Positions 10,118 through 19,983 are shown, numbered from the stretch's first letter. The stretch: 64,000 nt of DNA from Candidatus Poriferihabitaceae bacterium (GCA_965262585.1 OZ253546.1:136653-200652); one strand, 5' to 3'. The notes: generated from the letters alone by a model not told the origin. Made by a program: numbers and translations.

Positions 10118-11362
10118 GCCTCGTCAAAATCTGCAAACGAGGAGTATCAAAACTCGTCATTCCCGAACGATAGAAAAATAGGGAGCGCCAGCGACCATAT
10201 TTTTCATCGTATCGGGAATCCAGAAGGCTAATAATGAGTCGGCTATCGCCGAACATGTTGTACTGGATTTCCGCTTTCGCGAGAATAACGGCGTAGGGAG
10301 TCGGCTATCGCCGGCATGTTTCACTGGATTCCCGTGTCCCCAACTCATCATTCCCGCTGTCGCGTGAATGACGAGTTGGGGCACGAGAATGACGAGATTG
10401 TGGTTTTTTTCGTAGGTACCCATTGCGACTTGTCCTCATCCGCAAACGAGGAATATCAAAAGTGCGTCATTCCCGAACGATAGAAAAATAAGGAGCGCCA
10501 GCGACTATATTTTTCATCGTATCGGGAATCCAGAAGGCTAATAATGAGTCGGCTCTCGCCGGCATGTTGTACTGGATTCCCGTGTCCCCAACTCATCATT
10601 CCCGCTGTCGCGTGAATGACGAGTTGGGGCACGAGAATGACGGCGGCCCGTCGTCATTCCCGAACGATAGAAAAATAGGGAGCGCCAGCGACCATATTTT
10701 TCATCGTATCGGGAATCCAGAAAGCCAATAATGAGTCGGCTGTCGCCGAACATGTCTTACTGGATTCCCGCTTTCGCGAGAATGACGGCGTAAGGAGTCG
10801 GCTATCGCCGGCATGTTGTACTGGATTCCCGTGTCCCCAACTCGTCATCCCCGCTGTCGCGTGAATAACGAGTTGGGGCACGAGAATGACGGCGGCCCGT
10901 CGTCATTCCCGAACGATAGAAAAATAGGGAGCGCCAGCGACCATATTTTTCATCGTATCGGGAATCCAGAAAGATAAATAATGAGTCGGCTATCGCCGGC
11001 ATGTTTTACTGGATTCCCGTGTCCCCAACTCGTCATTCCCGCTGTCGCGTGAATAACGAGTTGGGGCACGAGAATGACGGCGGCCCGTCGTCATTCCCGA
11101 ACGATAGAAAAATAGGGAGCGCCAGCGACCATATTTTTCATCGTATCGGGAATCCAGAAGGCTAATAAGGAGTCGGCTATCGCCGGCATGTTTCACTGGA
11201 TTCCCGTGTCCCCAACTCATCATTCCCGCTGTCGCGTGAATGACGAGTTGGGGCACGAGAATGACGGCGGCCCGTCGTCATTCCCGAACGATAGAAAAAT
11301 AGGGAGCGCCAGCGACTATATTTTTCATCGTATCGGGAATCCAGAAACTAAATAATGAGCGA
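10118..11362 (-). repeat. Mosaic hairpin-repeat array R3 (about 6 A-units, inverted orientation).
   Basis: Repeated ...GTCATTCCCGAACGATAGAAAAATAGGGAGCGCCAGCGACCATATTTTTCATCGTATCGGGAATCCAG..., interleaved with B- and C-type units. Confidence 0.9.
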
Positions 11363-11394
11363 CTTAAGTTGGAGTATTAGCGGTATTGACCCGT

Positions 11395-12312
11395 CTATTC
11401 CTGGTCAAAAAAATCTTCGTCTATGATTTTTGTTTCATAGGTTTGTTGCGTCTGCACGCCGATGTTGTGTTGGTACATTAGATCAACCAACTTGCTTCCA
11501 TCAATAAGAATTATTGAGTGGTGCGCCTGACTGGCTTTTTCCTGCGCATTCCTATGAAAATTGGAAGTAGTGACGAAGATGCCTTTGTTCGTGTCTCCAC
11601 TCATTGCGCCGATGAAATTGCGAATCTCTTTTTCACTGACATCGGTTTCGGAATAACGCTTTGCCTGAGTATAGATTTTTTCAAGACCGAGTTGGTCTGA
11701 ATTAATCACTCCGTCAATCCCGCCATCTCCAGATTTCGGTGTTTCAAGAAAATCCCCGTAACCCATTTTCTTGAAGAGTTCCAGTATCACTCTTTCAAAA
11801 TAATAGGGGTTGATTTCTTTTAGTTTGTCCAAGAGTTCATCCTTGGTTTGTTCTTCAATGGCAGACAGGCCTTTATCAATTAACTCCTGTGGAGACGCGC
11901 CTTTTAAGTCCGCATCGTTGTCAGTATTCTCTGTAACATTATCCACTTTTCTTGCGCGTGTCTTTGTTTTGCGATTGGCGACGTGCGCTAAATAATCAGG
12001 ATCTTTGATGATGTCCTTGCTTGTTATCTTTCCTTTCAAAAGGGCGGATTTCCCCTTTTCCGTTATTTGCACCCTCCCCCGCTCAGGGTAATGTACAAAC
12101 TTTGCAAGTTTTAAATGAGAGGTTGCCCAATGTATACGGTGCAATAACGCATTGGGCCCGGTTTTAGTGACTTGATTGAGCAAGTCTTCGGGAAGGGCGG
12201 AATAATACTTATCCCGCACTTGAATCCTTAAATCTTTTTTGTTCAATGACTGGTCATTGCTGAGAATTTCAAGAATGGGTTGACAGGTATCGAGAGTTTT
12301 AGGTAATTTCAT
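11395..12312 (-). CDS. mrr: Mrr-type (type IV, modification-dependent) restriction endonuclease.
   Basis: N-terminal winged-helix-like region, then an Mrr catalytic core: FERVILELFKKMGY...GDGGIDGVI...IYTQAKRY...GIFVTTSNF. Low-GC gene. First ATG at 12312. Confidence 0.85.
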   Translation of the reverse strand: MKLPKTLDTCQPILEILSNDQSLNKKDLRIQVRDKYYSALPEDLLNQVTKTGPNALLHRIHWATSHLKLAKFVHYPERGRVQITEKGKSALLKGKITSKDIIKDPDYLAHVANRKTKTRARKVDNVTENTDNDADLKGASPQELIDKGLSAIEEQTKDELLDKLKEINPYYFERVILELFKKMGYGDFLETPKSGDGGIDGVINSDQLGLEKIYTQAKRYSETDVSEKEIRNFIGAMSGDTNKGIFVTTSNFHRNAQEKASQAHHSIILIDGSKLVDLMYQHNIGVQTQQTYETKIIDEDFFDQE

Positions 12313-12334
12313 AATAGTGCTTTCCAATGGGTTA

Positions 12335-14989
12335 TTAAAAATTCAACGAAATATCCCGATGTGCCGATTGGCAACTGGCTATGTCTTTGGCTTGGTCGGT
12401 GGTTAAGCGTTTTTGCAGGCGCAGGCCGATGGTGTTTTTAATTGCGTTGTTGTATTGATTGAGGGTTGGTAAAAGTGATTCTGTGGCGGTGGTGCGCCAG
12501 GTGATTTGTTGGTTGAACAGGGCGACTGCTTGTTGCAATAATTGTCTTGCCTTGGCCGGGTTGTTGTCCTTGAGCGCGCGCCGGGATTCTGATAACAGCG
12601 ACTTGATCGGGTCGGCGCCGGGGATGTTTGTTAATTCGTTTTCCAGCGGTTTGATGTGCGTGGTTGCCGCGCTTGCGGGGTTGGAGGCGAGGGCATTTTC
12701 AAGGGCGGTCAGCGGTTCGCCGAGCGCGGCCAGTGAATCGCTTTGTCCCAGCAAATCGCGCATCTCGTTGAGCGATTGATACGCATCATCCACATTGCGC
12801 CGGTATGCGAGGCGCGCTTGTTGGTCGGTGGCGGCGAGTTTTACATACTCTGCTTTGGCGGCGGTCCAGTTGGCGGGAATACTGTTTTGCAACGCGGTTT
12901 TGCGCTGTTGTAATTGCGCGATTTCGGCGCTCAGGTCTAGTTGTCGCGGAATATTGGTTTGCTTGCGTTGCAACCGGTCGAGGAGGGTTTCTGCTCGCTC
13001 GATTTTGCGATCAATTTTACGGCCATCGATCTGAATGCGCCGCACCCGCCGTTGCAGCGGGGCGTATTCATCGCTATACGCGGTTAGTTTCTGCTCGGCA
13101 GTCACCATCCGTTCCACCAACGCAAAAGTATCGCGCGCTTTATCTAAACCGTCGGCCAGCGAGTTGCGATGGTTGTTCGGCAATACCGACAAATCCAATG
13201 AACTCACGCGTTCGATGCCGTCTATGATTTGTTCGCGGTCGTTGTCGTATTCGCGGACTAGGCGGCGTTCGATGCAGTATTGCAATCTCGGATTGATTGG
13301 CGGCGGCGCGGTTTCCGAGGTCAGGTAGGTGCGGTAGGGCAGGTAGTTGACCAAACTTGGGAAGTAGCCGGCGATTGCCAAGCCGGCCAGTTGCAAGGCG
13401 ATGAAGGCGACCGCGCCTTTGTAGATGTGCGTGGTTTTGACTTCGGGTGGCGCCACGCCGCGCAGGTAGAACAATGCGAAACCAAATGGCGGCGTCAAAA
13501 ACGAGGTTTGGATATTCAAACCAATCATCACGCCGAGCCATACCGCGGTGATGTTGGCGGACGGATCGGATAGCAATATCGGCGCGACTATCGGCACCAC
13601 GACCACCGCAATTTCGATGAAGTCGAGGAAAAATCCGAGTAGAAAAATTACCACCATGACCACTACGAACTGCGTCCAAAAACCGCCGGGCAGGCCGGTC
13701 AAAAATTCCTTGACCAGATGTTCGCCGCCGAAACCGCGAAAGGCCGAGGTCAGCATCGCGGCGCCGATGAGGATGATGAACACCATCGAGGTTGTTTTCG
13801 CGGTGTCGATCATGACGCCGCGCAAGGTGTCGTCGATGCGCCATGCGCGCCACGCGCTCCACAATACCGCCACCAACAACGCGGTCACCGCGAACATCGC
13901 GAGGGTGATGCCGAGGAGGTCGTGGTTGGTTTTGATGTTTTTAATGTTCAAGTCGAATAGTTTCAACAACACTAAAATCACCACCGTCGAGGCGACCGCG
14001 AGCAACGCCGGCCAGTAGGCGCCGCGCTTGCCTTCCATCAAGCGGTATCCGCCCATGATCATCGCGCCGACCGCACCGATTGCACCGGCTTGATTGACCG
14101 TGGCGACGCCGCTTACGATTGAGCCGAGTACCGTGAAGATCAATGCCAGTGGCGGCACCAATGCGACTAACACGCGCACCGCAAATTTGCGGTCGTATTG
14201 GCCATGGTAGGGAACCGGCGGTGCGCTGGCGGGTTGCAGCAGTGCGCGTATCAAGATGTAGAGCATGTAGATTCCCACCAGCATCACGCCGGGAACGAGC
14301 GCGCCCATGAACATATCGCCGGCACTCGCTGAGGTGATGTCGAATTCAGACGGCATGGAGAACTCGCCGGTTGCTTCGCGGTATTCACTCTTGCGCACGG
14401 TGCTGGCTTGGTCGACCGCGCTGGAAAGTTGGTCGGCGAGAATAATCAGGACGATGGACGGCGGAATGATTTGACCGAGCGTGCCGGAAGCGCAGATCGT
14501 CCCGCTGGCGAGTGGCTTCGAGTAATTGTGTTTCAACATCGCCGGTAGTGAAATTAATCCCATGGCGATGACCGTGGCGCCGACTATGCCGGTGGTGGCG
14601 GCTAACAACGCGCCGACGAATACCACCGAAATGCCAAGCCCGCCGGGAACCGGGCCGAATAACTGCGCCATGGTGATTAGCGAATCCTCGGCGATCTTCG
14701 ATCTTTGCAGCATGATGCCCATAAACACAAACAGCGGAATGGCAATCAGCGTGTCGCGCTCGACGTCCCAATACAAACTGCGAAAATTGGTCACGCCGGC
14801 GCTCAGCCACTGGGTCGGCCCGTCCTGCGCGAAGTAGGCGCTGGTGTCGCCGGCAAACAGATAGCCGCATAACGCCGCCAGCGCGATTGCCAGAATCGAG
14901 GATCCGGGCAACGCGAATGCGACCGGATAACCGGCCGTCAGCGCGGTCATCATCAGCAGTAGCAAAATGGCGAGAAAGACTAGTTCCAT
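12335..14989 (-). CDS. TRAP transporter large permease (DctM-like) with a ~330-aa C-terminal coiled-coil-like extension.
   Basis: About 550 aa of polytopic membrane domain typical of DctM. From ~YLTSETAPPPINPRL onward it is a hydrophilic Q/R/L/A-rich region with no TM segments. Confidence 0.8.
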   Translation of the reverse strand: MELVFLAILLLLMMTALTAGYPVAFALPGSSILAIALAALCGYLFAGDTSAYFAQDGPTQWLSAGVTNFRSLYWDVERDTLIAIPLFVFMGIMLQRSKIAEDSLITMAQLFGPVPGGLGISVVFVGALLAATTGIVGATVIAMGLISLPAMLKHNYSKPLASGTICASGTLGQIIPPSIVLIILADQLSSAVDQASTVRKSEYREATGEFSMPSEFDITSASAGDMFMGALVPGVMLVGIYMLYILIRALLQPASAPPVPYHGQYDRKFAVRVLVALVPPLALIFTVLGSIVSGVATVNQAGAIGAVGAMIMGGYRLMEGKRGAYWPALLAVASTVVILVLLKLFDLNIKNIKTNHDLLGITLAMFAVTALLVAVLWSAWRAWRIDDTLRGVMIDTAKTTSMVFIILIGAAMLTSAFRGFGGEHLVKEFLTGLPGGFWTQFVVVMVVIFLLGFFLDFIEIAVVVVPIVAPILLSDPSANITAVWLGVMIGLNIQTSFLTPPFGFALFYLRGVAPPEVKTTHIYKGAVAFIALQLAGLAIAGYFPSLVNYLPYRTYLTSETAPPPINPRLQYCIERRLVREYDNDREQIIDGIERVSSLDLSVLPNNHRNSLADGLDKARDTFALVERMVTAEQKLTAYSDEYAPLQRRVRRIQIDGRKIDRKIERAETLLDRLQRKQTNIPRQLDLSAEIAQLQQRKTALQNSIPANWTAAKAEYVKLAATDQQARLAYRRNVDDAYQSLNEMRDLLGQSDSLAALGEPLTALENALASNPASAATTHIKPLENELTNIPGADPIKSLLSESRRALKDNNPAKARQLLQQAVALFNQQITWRTTATESLLPTLNQYNNAIKNTIGLRLQKRLTTDQAKDIASCQSAHRDISLNF

Positions 14990-15001
14990 GAAGTGCTCGG
15001 A

Positions 15002-15994
15002 TCAGGTGCGCGTTTTGGGTGGGGTGTTTGTGTTCGACTTTGCTTGCTTTGGCGGTGCGGAATCATTGCGCAATGTCGCGGCGTTTTCTAGGAACGCGCC
15101 GATAAACTGAAACGCCATGGAAAGCGCAAAGACCAGCAAGAATCCGGCCATCAGATATTTCACATACATGCCGTAGCCGCTCTGCGAAATCTCAAAACCG
15201 AGCAACGGGCTGTTGATACTCGAGCTCTTGCCGGACATCCCTTGCAGCAGGATCGTCCAGCACAACGGAAGCCCGAGCAGCAGCGCGCCGACTGTGTTCG
15301 TCCATGCTTTACCTCGGGCGCTGAAATTGGCGTATAGCACATCGACGCGCACATGCCCTTCGGCGGAAAACGTGTGGGCGCTGGCGAATAAAAATAAAGC
15401 GGCATACCAAAACCTGACTAAGTCGCCCATGAACGCTTGCTCGTAGGAAAAAACAAAACGCGACACTACCACTTGAAATTCCGCAATCACCACCAAAATC
15501 GTCAGCCAGATGAAGCCGAGGGAACGCGAGAACCAAGCGATCACGAGCGAGACCAGCAACAATGGGTAATGCACATAGAGGCCGCGAAAAACCGGCCGAC
15601 CGAGTTGAATCGCCAAATTTTTTCCGACCAGCACTTCGAGAAATCCTTCGACCCGCACAAATGAAATCAACATATCGGTAAGCCCAATCAGCAACACCGC
15701 CCAATACGATGCGCGAATCAGATAAGCGGCCATGTGTGCGTATAAACCGGCGTCGTCGCGCAGCGATCTCGCCGGGGTTGCAATCGTCAGCCACACCACC
15801 GTGGCCAATAGCGCGGCGTAGATGAGTAATTGAATCCATCCTTGTGGCGCCGGCGAGGCGCTGAATAGCGCGGAAAATTCGGGCCAGTTGCGCCAATACA
15901 CCAGATAGTTGTTGAGCAAAAATAACAACACCAGCGCGCACATCAACGCCGCCGACAGGCGCAATGCGCAGGCCGTGAGCGTGCGGTGATTCAT
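15002..15994 (-). CDS. TRAP transporter small permease (DctQ-like), N-terminally extended.
   Basis: Lies between the TRAP binding protein and the large permease. Multi-TM protein with a GHVRVDVLY motif typical of DctQ, placed ~125 aa later than in ordinary DctQ. Confidence 0.7.
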   Translation of the reverse strand: MNHRTLTACALRLSAALMCALVLLFLLNNYLVYWRNWPEFSALFSASPAPQGWIQLLIYAALLATVVWLTIATPARSLRDDAGLYAHMAAYLIRASYWAVLLIGLTDMLISFVRVEGFLEVLVGKNLAIQLGRPVFRGLYVHYPLLLVSLVIAWFSRSLGFIWLTILVVIAEFQVVVSRFVFSYEQAFMGDLVRFWYAALFLFASAHTFSAEGHVRVDVLYANFSARGKAWTNTVGALLLGLPLCWTILLQGMSGKSSSINSPLLGFEISQSGYGMYVKYLMAGFLLVFALSMAFQFIGAFLENAATLRNDSAPPKQAKSNTNTPPKTRT

Positions 15995-16013
15995 CGAAAC
16001 GGCGCGCGCATGT

Positions 16014-16073
16014 CAGTCGATAAAAGCCCAGTCGATAAAAGCCCAGTCGGCAAAAGCCCATTTGGCAAAAATT
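16014..16073. repeat. 15-bp tandem repeat x4 (CAGTCGATAAAAGCC; the last copy is degenerate).
   Basis: Copies at 16014-16028, 16029-16043, 16044-16058 and 16059-16073, in the intercistronic region between the TRAP binding-protein and small-permease genes. Confidence 0.85.
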
Positions 16074-16105
16074 GGACCGAAGTGTTGTGCCGACTTGCGC
16101 AAAAG

Positions 16106-16129
16106 AAACGGAGTCCGAAGACTCCGTTT
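16106..16129 (-). terminator. Intercistronic hairpin; probable intrinsic terminator/attenuator after the TRAP binding-protein gene.
   Basis: Perfect 8-bp stem ACGGAGTC/GACTCCGT with a 4-nt loop. On the minus strand it is followed by TTTCTTTTGCG. It lies 37 nt downstream of the stop at 16167. Confidence 0.55.
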
Positions 16130-16166
16130 TCAGTTTTCCTCGGTTCTAAGGTGATCAACCTCAGGG

Positions 16167-17354
16167 TTACAAGCCAAGCACGCGGTTTCGCTGGCTGACA
16201 TATTCCTGATCGGAAATTTTCGCCCAGGCACCGACATTGGCGCGTGATTTGACGAAACTTGCGTGGATGCGTTGCGCCAGATCGCTGTGTTCGACCACTT
16301 CGTCGAACACCTCGTTCGCCGCTCTGCCGAATGCGTCGTAAATATCATCGTTGAAACGTCTTAGTTGCACGCCTTGTTCCGAGATCAATCGGGCCAGCGA
16401 TTCGCCGTTTTTAGCGTTGTATTCCGACATCATTACATCGTTCTCCATGGCGGCGGCGGCTTCGATGATCAACTGGTCGGATTTGGATAAACCCTCCCAG
16501 AAATCTTTGTTGAGGCCACACGCCAACATTGCCGCCGGTTCGTGCATGCCGGGGTAGTAATAATATTTGGCGGCTTCGTAGAATTTCATCACCGCATCAT
16601 TCCACGGCCCGACCCATTCGGTTGCGTCGATCGCACCGGACACCAGATTTTCGTAAATCTGACTGCCGGGCAGGGAAACCGGCGAAGCACCGAGTTTGGC
16701 GAGTACATCGCCGCCGAGTCCGGGGATGCGCATTTTCAAGCCTTTGAAGTCATCGGCGGAGTTCATTTCTTTGCGAAACCAGCCACCCATCTGCACGCCG
16801 GTATTGCCGCACATCACGCCTTTGAGACCGGCTGCTCCGGCCAGTTCATCCCACAATTCTTGGCCGCCGCCGAAACGTATCCAAGCGTTGATTTCGGTGT
16901 AGGTTAAGCCGAACGGCACGGCGGTGAAATAGGCCCAACCCGGATGCTTGCCTTTCCAGTAATACTCGGCGGCGTGATACATCTGCGCGTTGCCGGAAGC
17001 GACTTCGTCGAACGAATCGAACGGCTTGACGCGCTCGCCACCGGCAAAATATTGGATCACAATGCGGCCATCGCTCATGTTATTGACGCGATTGGCAAAG
17101 CGTTGCGCGCCGGTGCCAAGTCCGGGGAAATCTCGCGGCCAGGTGCTAACCATCGCCACGTCGATACGCGCCTGAGTCGCCGCCGGGGCTTGTTGCGCCG
17201 CCGTCATTTCGGCGATTTTGCTGTTGGCTTCGTCCAGTTGCTGTTGCAACGCCGTCTTATCCTCTTCCTGCGAGCAAGCGGCCAGACCGACCGCAGTTGC
17301 GGTAACCGCCGCACCGGCAGCGGCGCCTTTCAGTAGTTCTCTGCGTTTCATCAT
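16167..17354 (-). CDS. TRAP transporter substrate-binding protein (DctP superfamily) with a Tat-type signal and lipobox.
   Basis: N-terminus MMKRRELLKGAAAGAAVTATAVGLAAC (twin-arginine motif plus lipobox Cys). A Q/A-rich linker precedes the periplasmic binding domain. Adjacent to the TRAP permeases. Confidence 0.8.
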   Translation of the reverse strand: MMKRRELLKGAAAGAAVTATAVGLAACSQEEDKTALQQQLDEANSKIAEMTAAQQAPAATQARIDVAMVSTWPRDFPGLGTGAQRFANRVNNMSDGRIVIQYFAGGERVKPFDSFDEVASGNAQMYHAAEYYWKGKHPGWAYFTAVPFGLTYTEINAWIRFGGGQELWDELAGAAGLKGVMCGNTGVQMGGWFRKEMNSADDFKGLKMRIPGLGGDVLAKLGASPVSLPGSQIYENLVSGAIDATEWVGPWNDAVMKFYEAAKYYYYPGMHEPAAMLACGLNKDFWEGLSKSDQLIIEAAAAMENDVMMSEYNAKNGESLARLISEQGVQLRRFNDDIYDAFGRAANEVFDEVVEHSDLAQRIHASFVKSRANVGAWAKISDQEYVSQRNRVLGL

Positions 17355-17538
17355 AATTCTCCCGAATGGTGAATGGGTTGAAAGCGGTTAGACCGCATGG
17401 TGTCGAGCATTTACCGGTGAGTATTGCCGATTTGCCCTGCTGAGTAAAGCCCGCGTATTAGAAGGTTAATAGAAGATTTTAGACCTTATAGAACATTTGA
17501 GAGAATATTAGACCTTAATTTGAATTCAACTCAATAAG

Positions 17539-17567
17539 TGCAACTTCACCGCCAAATAGGGTATAAT
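17539..17567 (+). promoter_or_regulatory. Putative sigma70 promoter of the rpsF operon.
   Basis: Perfect -10 TATAAT at 17562-17567. Weak -35 TGCAAC at 17539-17544 with a 17-bp spacer. About 75 nt upstream of the rpsF ATG. Confidence 0.35.
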
Positions 17568-17643
17568 CCGCGCACTTCTATAAACTCCTTTCTTCACCGC
17601 CGTTGCGGGAAGATACAACCCGTGGGGAGATCCATAAAACATC

Positions 17644-18267
17644 ATGCGACATTATGAAATCGTGCTGTTGATCCACCCGGATCAAAGCGAGCAGGTGCCG
17701 ACTATGCTGGCGCGTTACAAGGATGTGGTGACCGCCGAAAAGGGGCTTGTTCATCGCGTCGAAGACTGGGGCAGGCGGCGTCTGGCCTATATGATCAACG
17801 AAGTCCACAAGGCGCATTATGTGATGCTGAATGTGGAATGCGAGTTGGAGGTTTTGCGGGAACTCGAGAAAAACTTCAAGTTCAATGACTCGATTATCCG
17901 CAGTTTGGTAATCCGCCGCGACCAGGCTGTCACCGAACAATCCGCCCTCGCCAAAGCGAAGGCCGAGGAAATGCGCGAAGAAGCGCGGATTGAATCCGAA
18001 AAACGTGCCGCCCGGGAAAAGGCTGAAGCGACCCGTGAAGCCCGTGAAGCCCGCGAAGCCGCCGAACCAGCCAAACCCGCCGAACCCGCGAGTGAAACCA
18101 AGCAACCGGCGGACGATGCCAAACAACCGGCGGATGATGCCGAACAAAGCGTTGATGAAGGCAAGTCTGAAAATCAACAACTTGATAAAGAACCTGATCA
18201 ACAACCCGATCAAGAACCCGAACCACAACCCGAACCCGAACCCGAACCTCAACCGGAGACCGTGTGA
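17644..18267 (+). CDS. rpsF: 30S ribosomal protein S6 with a ~95-aa acidic/proline-rich C-terminal extension.
   Basis: N-terminus [18 protein letters not shown]...WGRRRLAY is canonical S6. The tail contains KQPADDA x2 and [15 protein letters not shown]. Confidence 0.95.
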   Translation: MRHYEIVLLIHPDQSEQVPTMLARYKDVVTAEKGLVHRVEDWGRRRLAYMINEVHKAHYVMLNVECELEVLRELEKNFKFNDSIIRSLVIRRDQAVTEQSALAKAKAEEMREEARIESEKRAAREKAEATREAREAREAAEPAKPAEPASETKQPADDAKQPADDAEQSVDEGKSENQQLDKEPDQQPDQEPEPQPEPEPEPQPETV

Positions 18268-18497
18268 TGGCCAGAGTACAACGACGTCCGCGGTTTTGTA
18301 AATTCACCGCCGAGGGGATTCAGTCCATCGACTATAAGGATATGGATATTCTCAAAGCCAACATCAGCGATACCGGCAAGATTCTGCCGCGCCGCAGCAC
18401 CGGCACCAAGGCGCATTTTCAGCGCCAACTGGCCGCCGCGGTCAAGCGCGCCCGCTATCTTGCGCTGATTCCCTACACCGACCAGCACGACAACTAG
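18267..18497 (+). CDS. rpsR: 30S ribosomal protein S18.
   Basis: Motifs RRPRFCKFT...IDYKD...GKILPRR.TG are canonical S18. The ATG overlaps the rpsF TGA by 1 nt. No priB lies between rpsF and rpsR. Confidence 0.95.
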   Translation: MARVQRRPRFCKFTAEGIQSIDYKDMDILKANISDTGKILPRRSTGTKAHFQRQLAAAVKRARYLALIPYTDQHDN

Positions 18498-18507
18498 GCG
18501 CGAAGGC

Positions 18508-19083
18508 ATGATGGAAATCATTTTACTGGAAAAAATCCAGAACCTCGGCAACCTCGGCGATACCGTCAAGGTTGCCAACGGCTACGCCCGCAATTACCTG
18601 ATTCCGCAGGAAAAAGCCGTGCGCGCCACCGCCGAAGCCAAAGCCAGTGTCGATGAGCGTCGGCAGCAACTGGCCGGAGAGGAAAGCAAGCGAGTGGAGG
18701 TCGCCCGCGCCCGCGCTGACCTCGGAATCCGCGAAATCACCGTCACCCGCCTTGCCGGCGAAGCAGGCAAGTTATACGGGTCGGTCTCACCGACCGACAT
18801 CGCCGAAGCGCTGACCGAAGCGGGCTGCCGTATCGAGAAGTCCGAAGTGTTTCAGGGCGACGGACCCATCAAGCAAACCGGCGAATTCACGGCGGACATA
18901 ATCCTGCATCCTGAAGTACGCTTTGAAGTGAAAGTCACTGTGCTGGGAGAAGACCAAAGCGATAGCCAAGACGATAACCAAAACGACGACCCACCACCCG
19001 CACCCGACCAACCCGAAACCCCCGATTCCCCCTACGCTTCCGATTCCCCAGATATGGACGAGATGCCCCAAAGCAGGGAATAA
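18508..19083 (+). CDS. rplI: 50S ribosomal protein L9 with an acidic/proline-rich C-terminal extension.
   Basis: N-terminus MEIILLEKIQNLGNLGDTVKVANGYARNYLIPQ is canonical L9. About 40 extra C-terminal residues. The last two codons and the stop lie in repeat-derived sequence. Confidence 0.95.
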   Translation: MMEIILLEKIQNLGNLGDTVKVANGYARNYLIPQEKAVRATAEAKASVDERRQQLAGEESKRVEVARARADLGIREITVTRLAGEAGKLYGSVSPTDIAEALTEAGCRIEKSEVFQGDGPIKQTGEFTADIILHPEVRFEVKVTVLGEDQSDSQDDNQNDDPPPAPDQPETPDSPYASDSPDMDEMPQSRE

Positions 19084-19983
19084 CGACGTACCGCCGTCAT
19101 TCTCGTGCCGCCAAGTCGTTATTTCCGCGACAGCGGGAATGACGACTTGGGGGACACGGGGATCCAGTGAAATATGCCGGCGACAGCCGACTCCCTACGC
19201 CGTTATTCTCGCGCAACTGGAATCCAGTACAACATGTGCGGCGAGATCCGACTCATTATTAGCCTTCTGGATTCCCGATACGAAGAAAAATATAGTCACT
19301 GGCGCTCCTTATTTTTCTATCGTTCGGGAATGACGACGTACCGCCGTCATTCTCGTGCCGCCAACTCGTTATTCCTGCGACAGCAGGAATGACGAGTTGG
19401 GGGACACGGGAATCCAGTAAAACATGCCGGCGACAGCCGACTCCCTACGCCGTTATTCTCGCGAAAGCGGGAATCCAGTACAACATGTGCGGCGAGATCC
19501 GACTCATTATTAGCCTTCTGGATTCCCGATACGATGAAAAATATAGTCGCTGGCGCTCCTTATTTTTCTATCGTTCGGGAATGACGACGTACCGCCGTCA
19601 TTCTCGTGCCGCCAAGTCGTTATTCCTGCGACAGCAGGAATGACGAGTTGGGGGACACGGGAATCCAGTGAAATATGCCGGCGACAGCCGACTCCCTACG
19701 CCGTTATTCTCGCGACAGCGGGAATCCAGTGAAACATGCCGGCGATAGCCGACTCATTATTGGCTTTCTGGATTCCCGATACGATGAAAAATATAGTCGC
19801 TGGCGCTCCTTATTTTTCTATCGTTCGGGAATGACGCACTTTTGATATTCCTCGTTTGCGGATGAGGACTCCCAGACTCGTCATTCTCGTGCCGCCAAGT
19901 CGTTATTCACGCGACAGCGGGGATGACGAGTTGGGGGACGCGGGAATCCAGTGAAACATGCCGGCGACAACCGACTCATTTAG
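19076..19983 (+). repeat. Mosaic hairpin-repeat array R4.
   Basis: Three A-units with B-, C- and D-units, in the same consensus as R1. Confidence 0.9.

Noticed and set aside
17455-17530. Repeated TTAGACCTTA / TTAGAAGGTTAA motifs in the AT-rich divergent region between the TRAP operon and rpsF, considered as operator sites.
   Set aside because: There are only two or three short AT-rich matches with no clear dyad spacing, which I cannot distinguish from chance in an AT-rich intergenic region.
17578-18252. A 224-aa minus-strand ORF rich in F/G/L repeats opposite rpsF.
   Set aside because: It is antisense to canonical ribosomal protein S6 and its low-complexity tail. The composition is an artefact of the acidic/proline-rich repeat on the coding strand.
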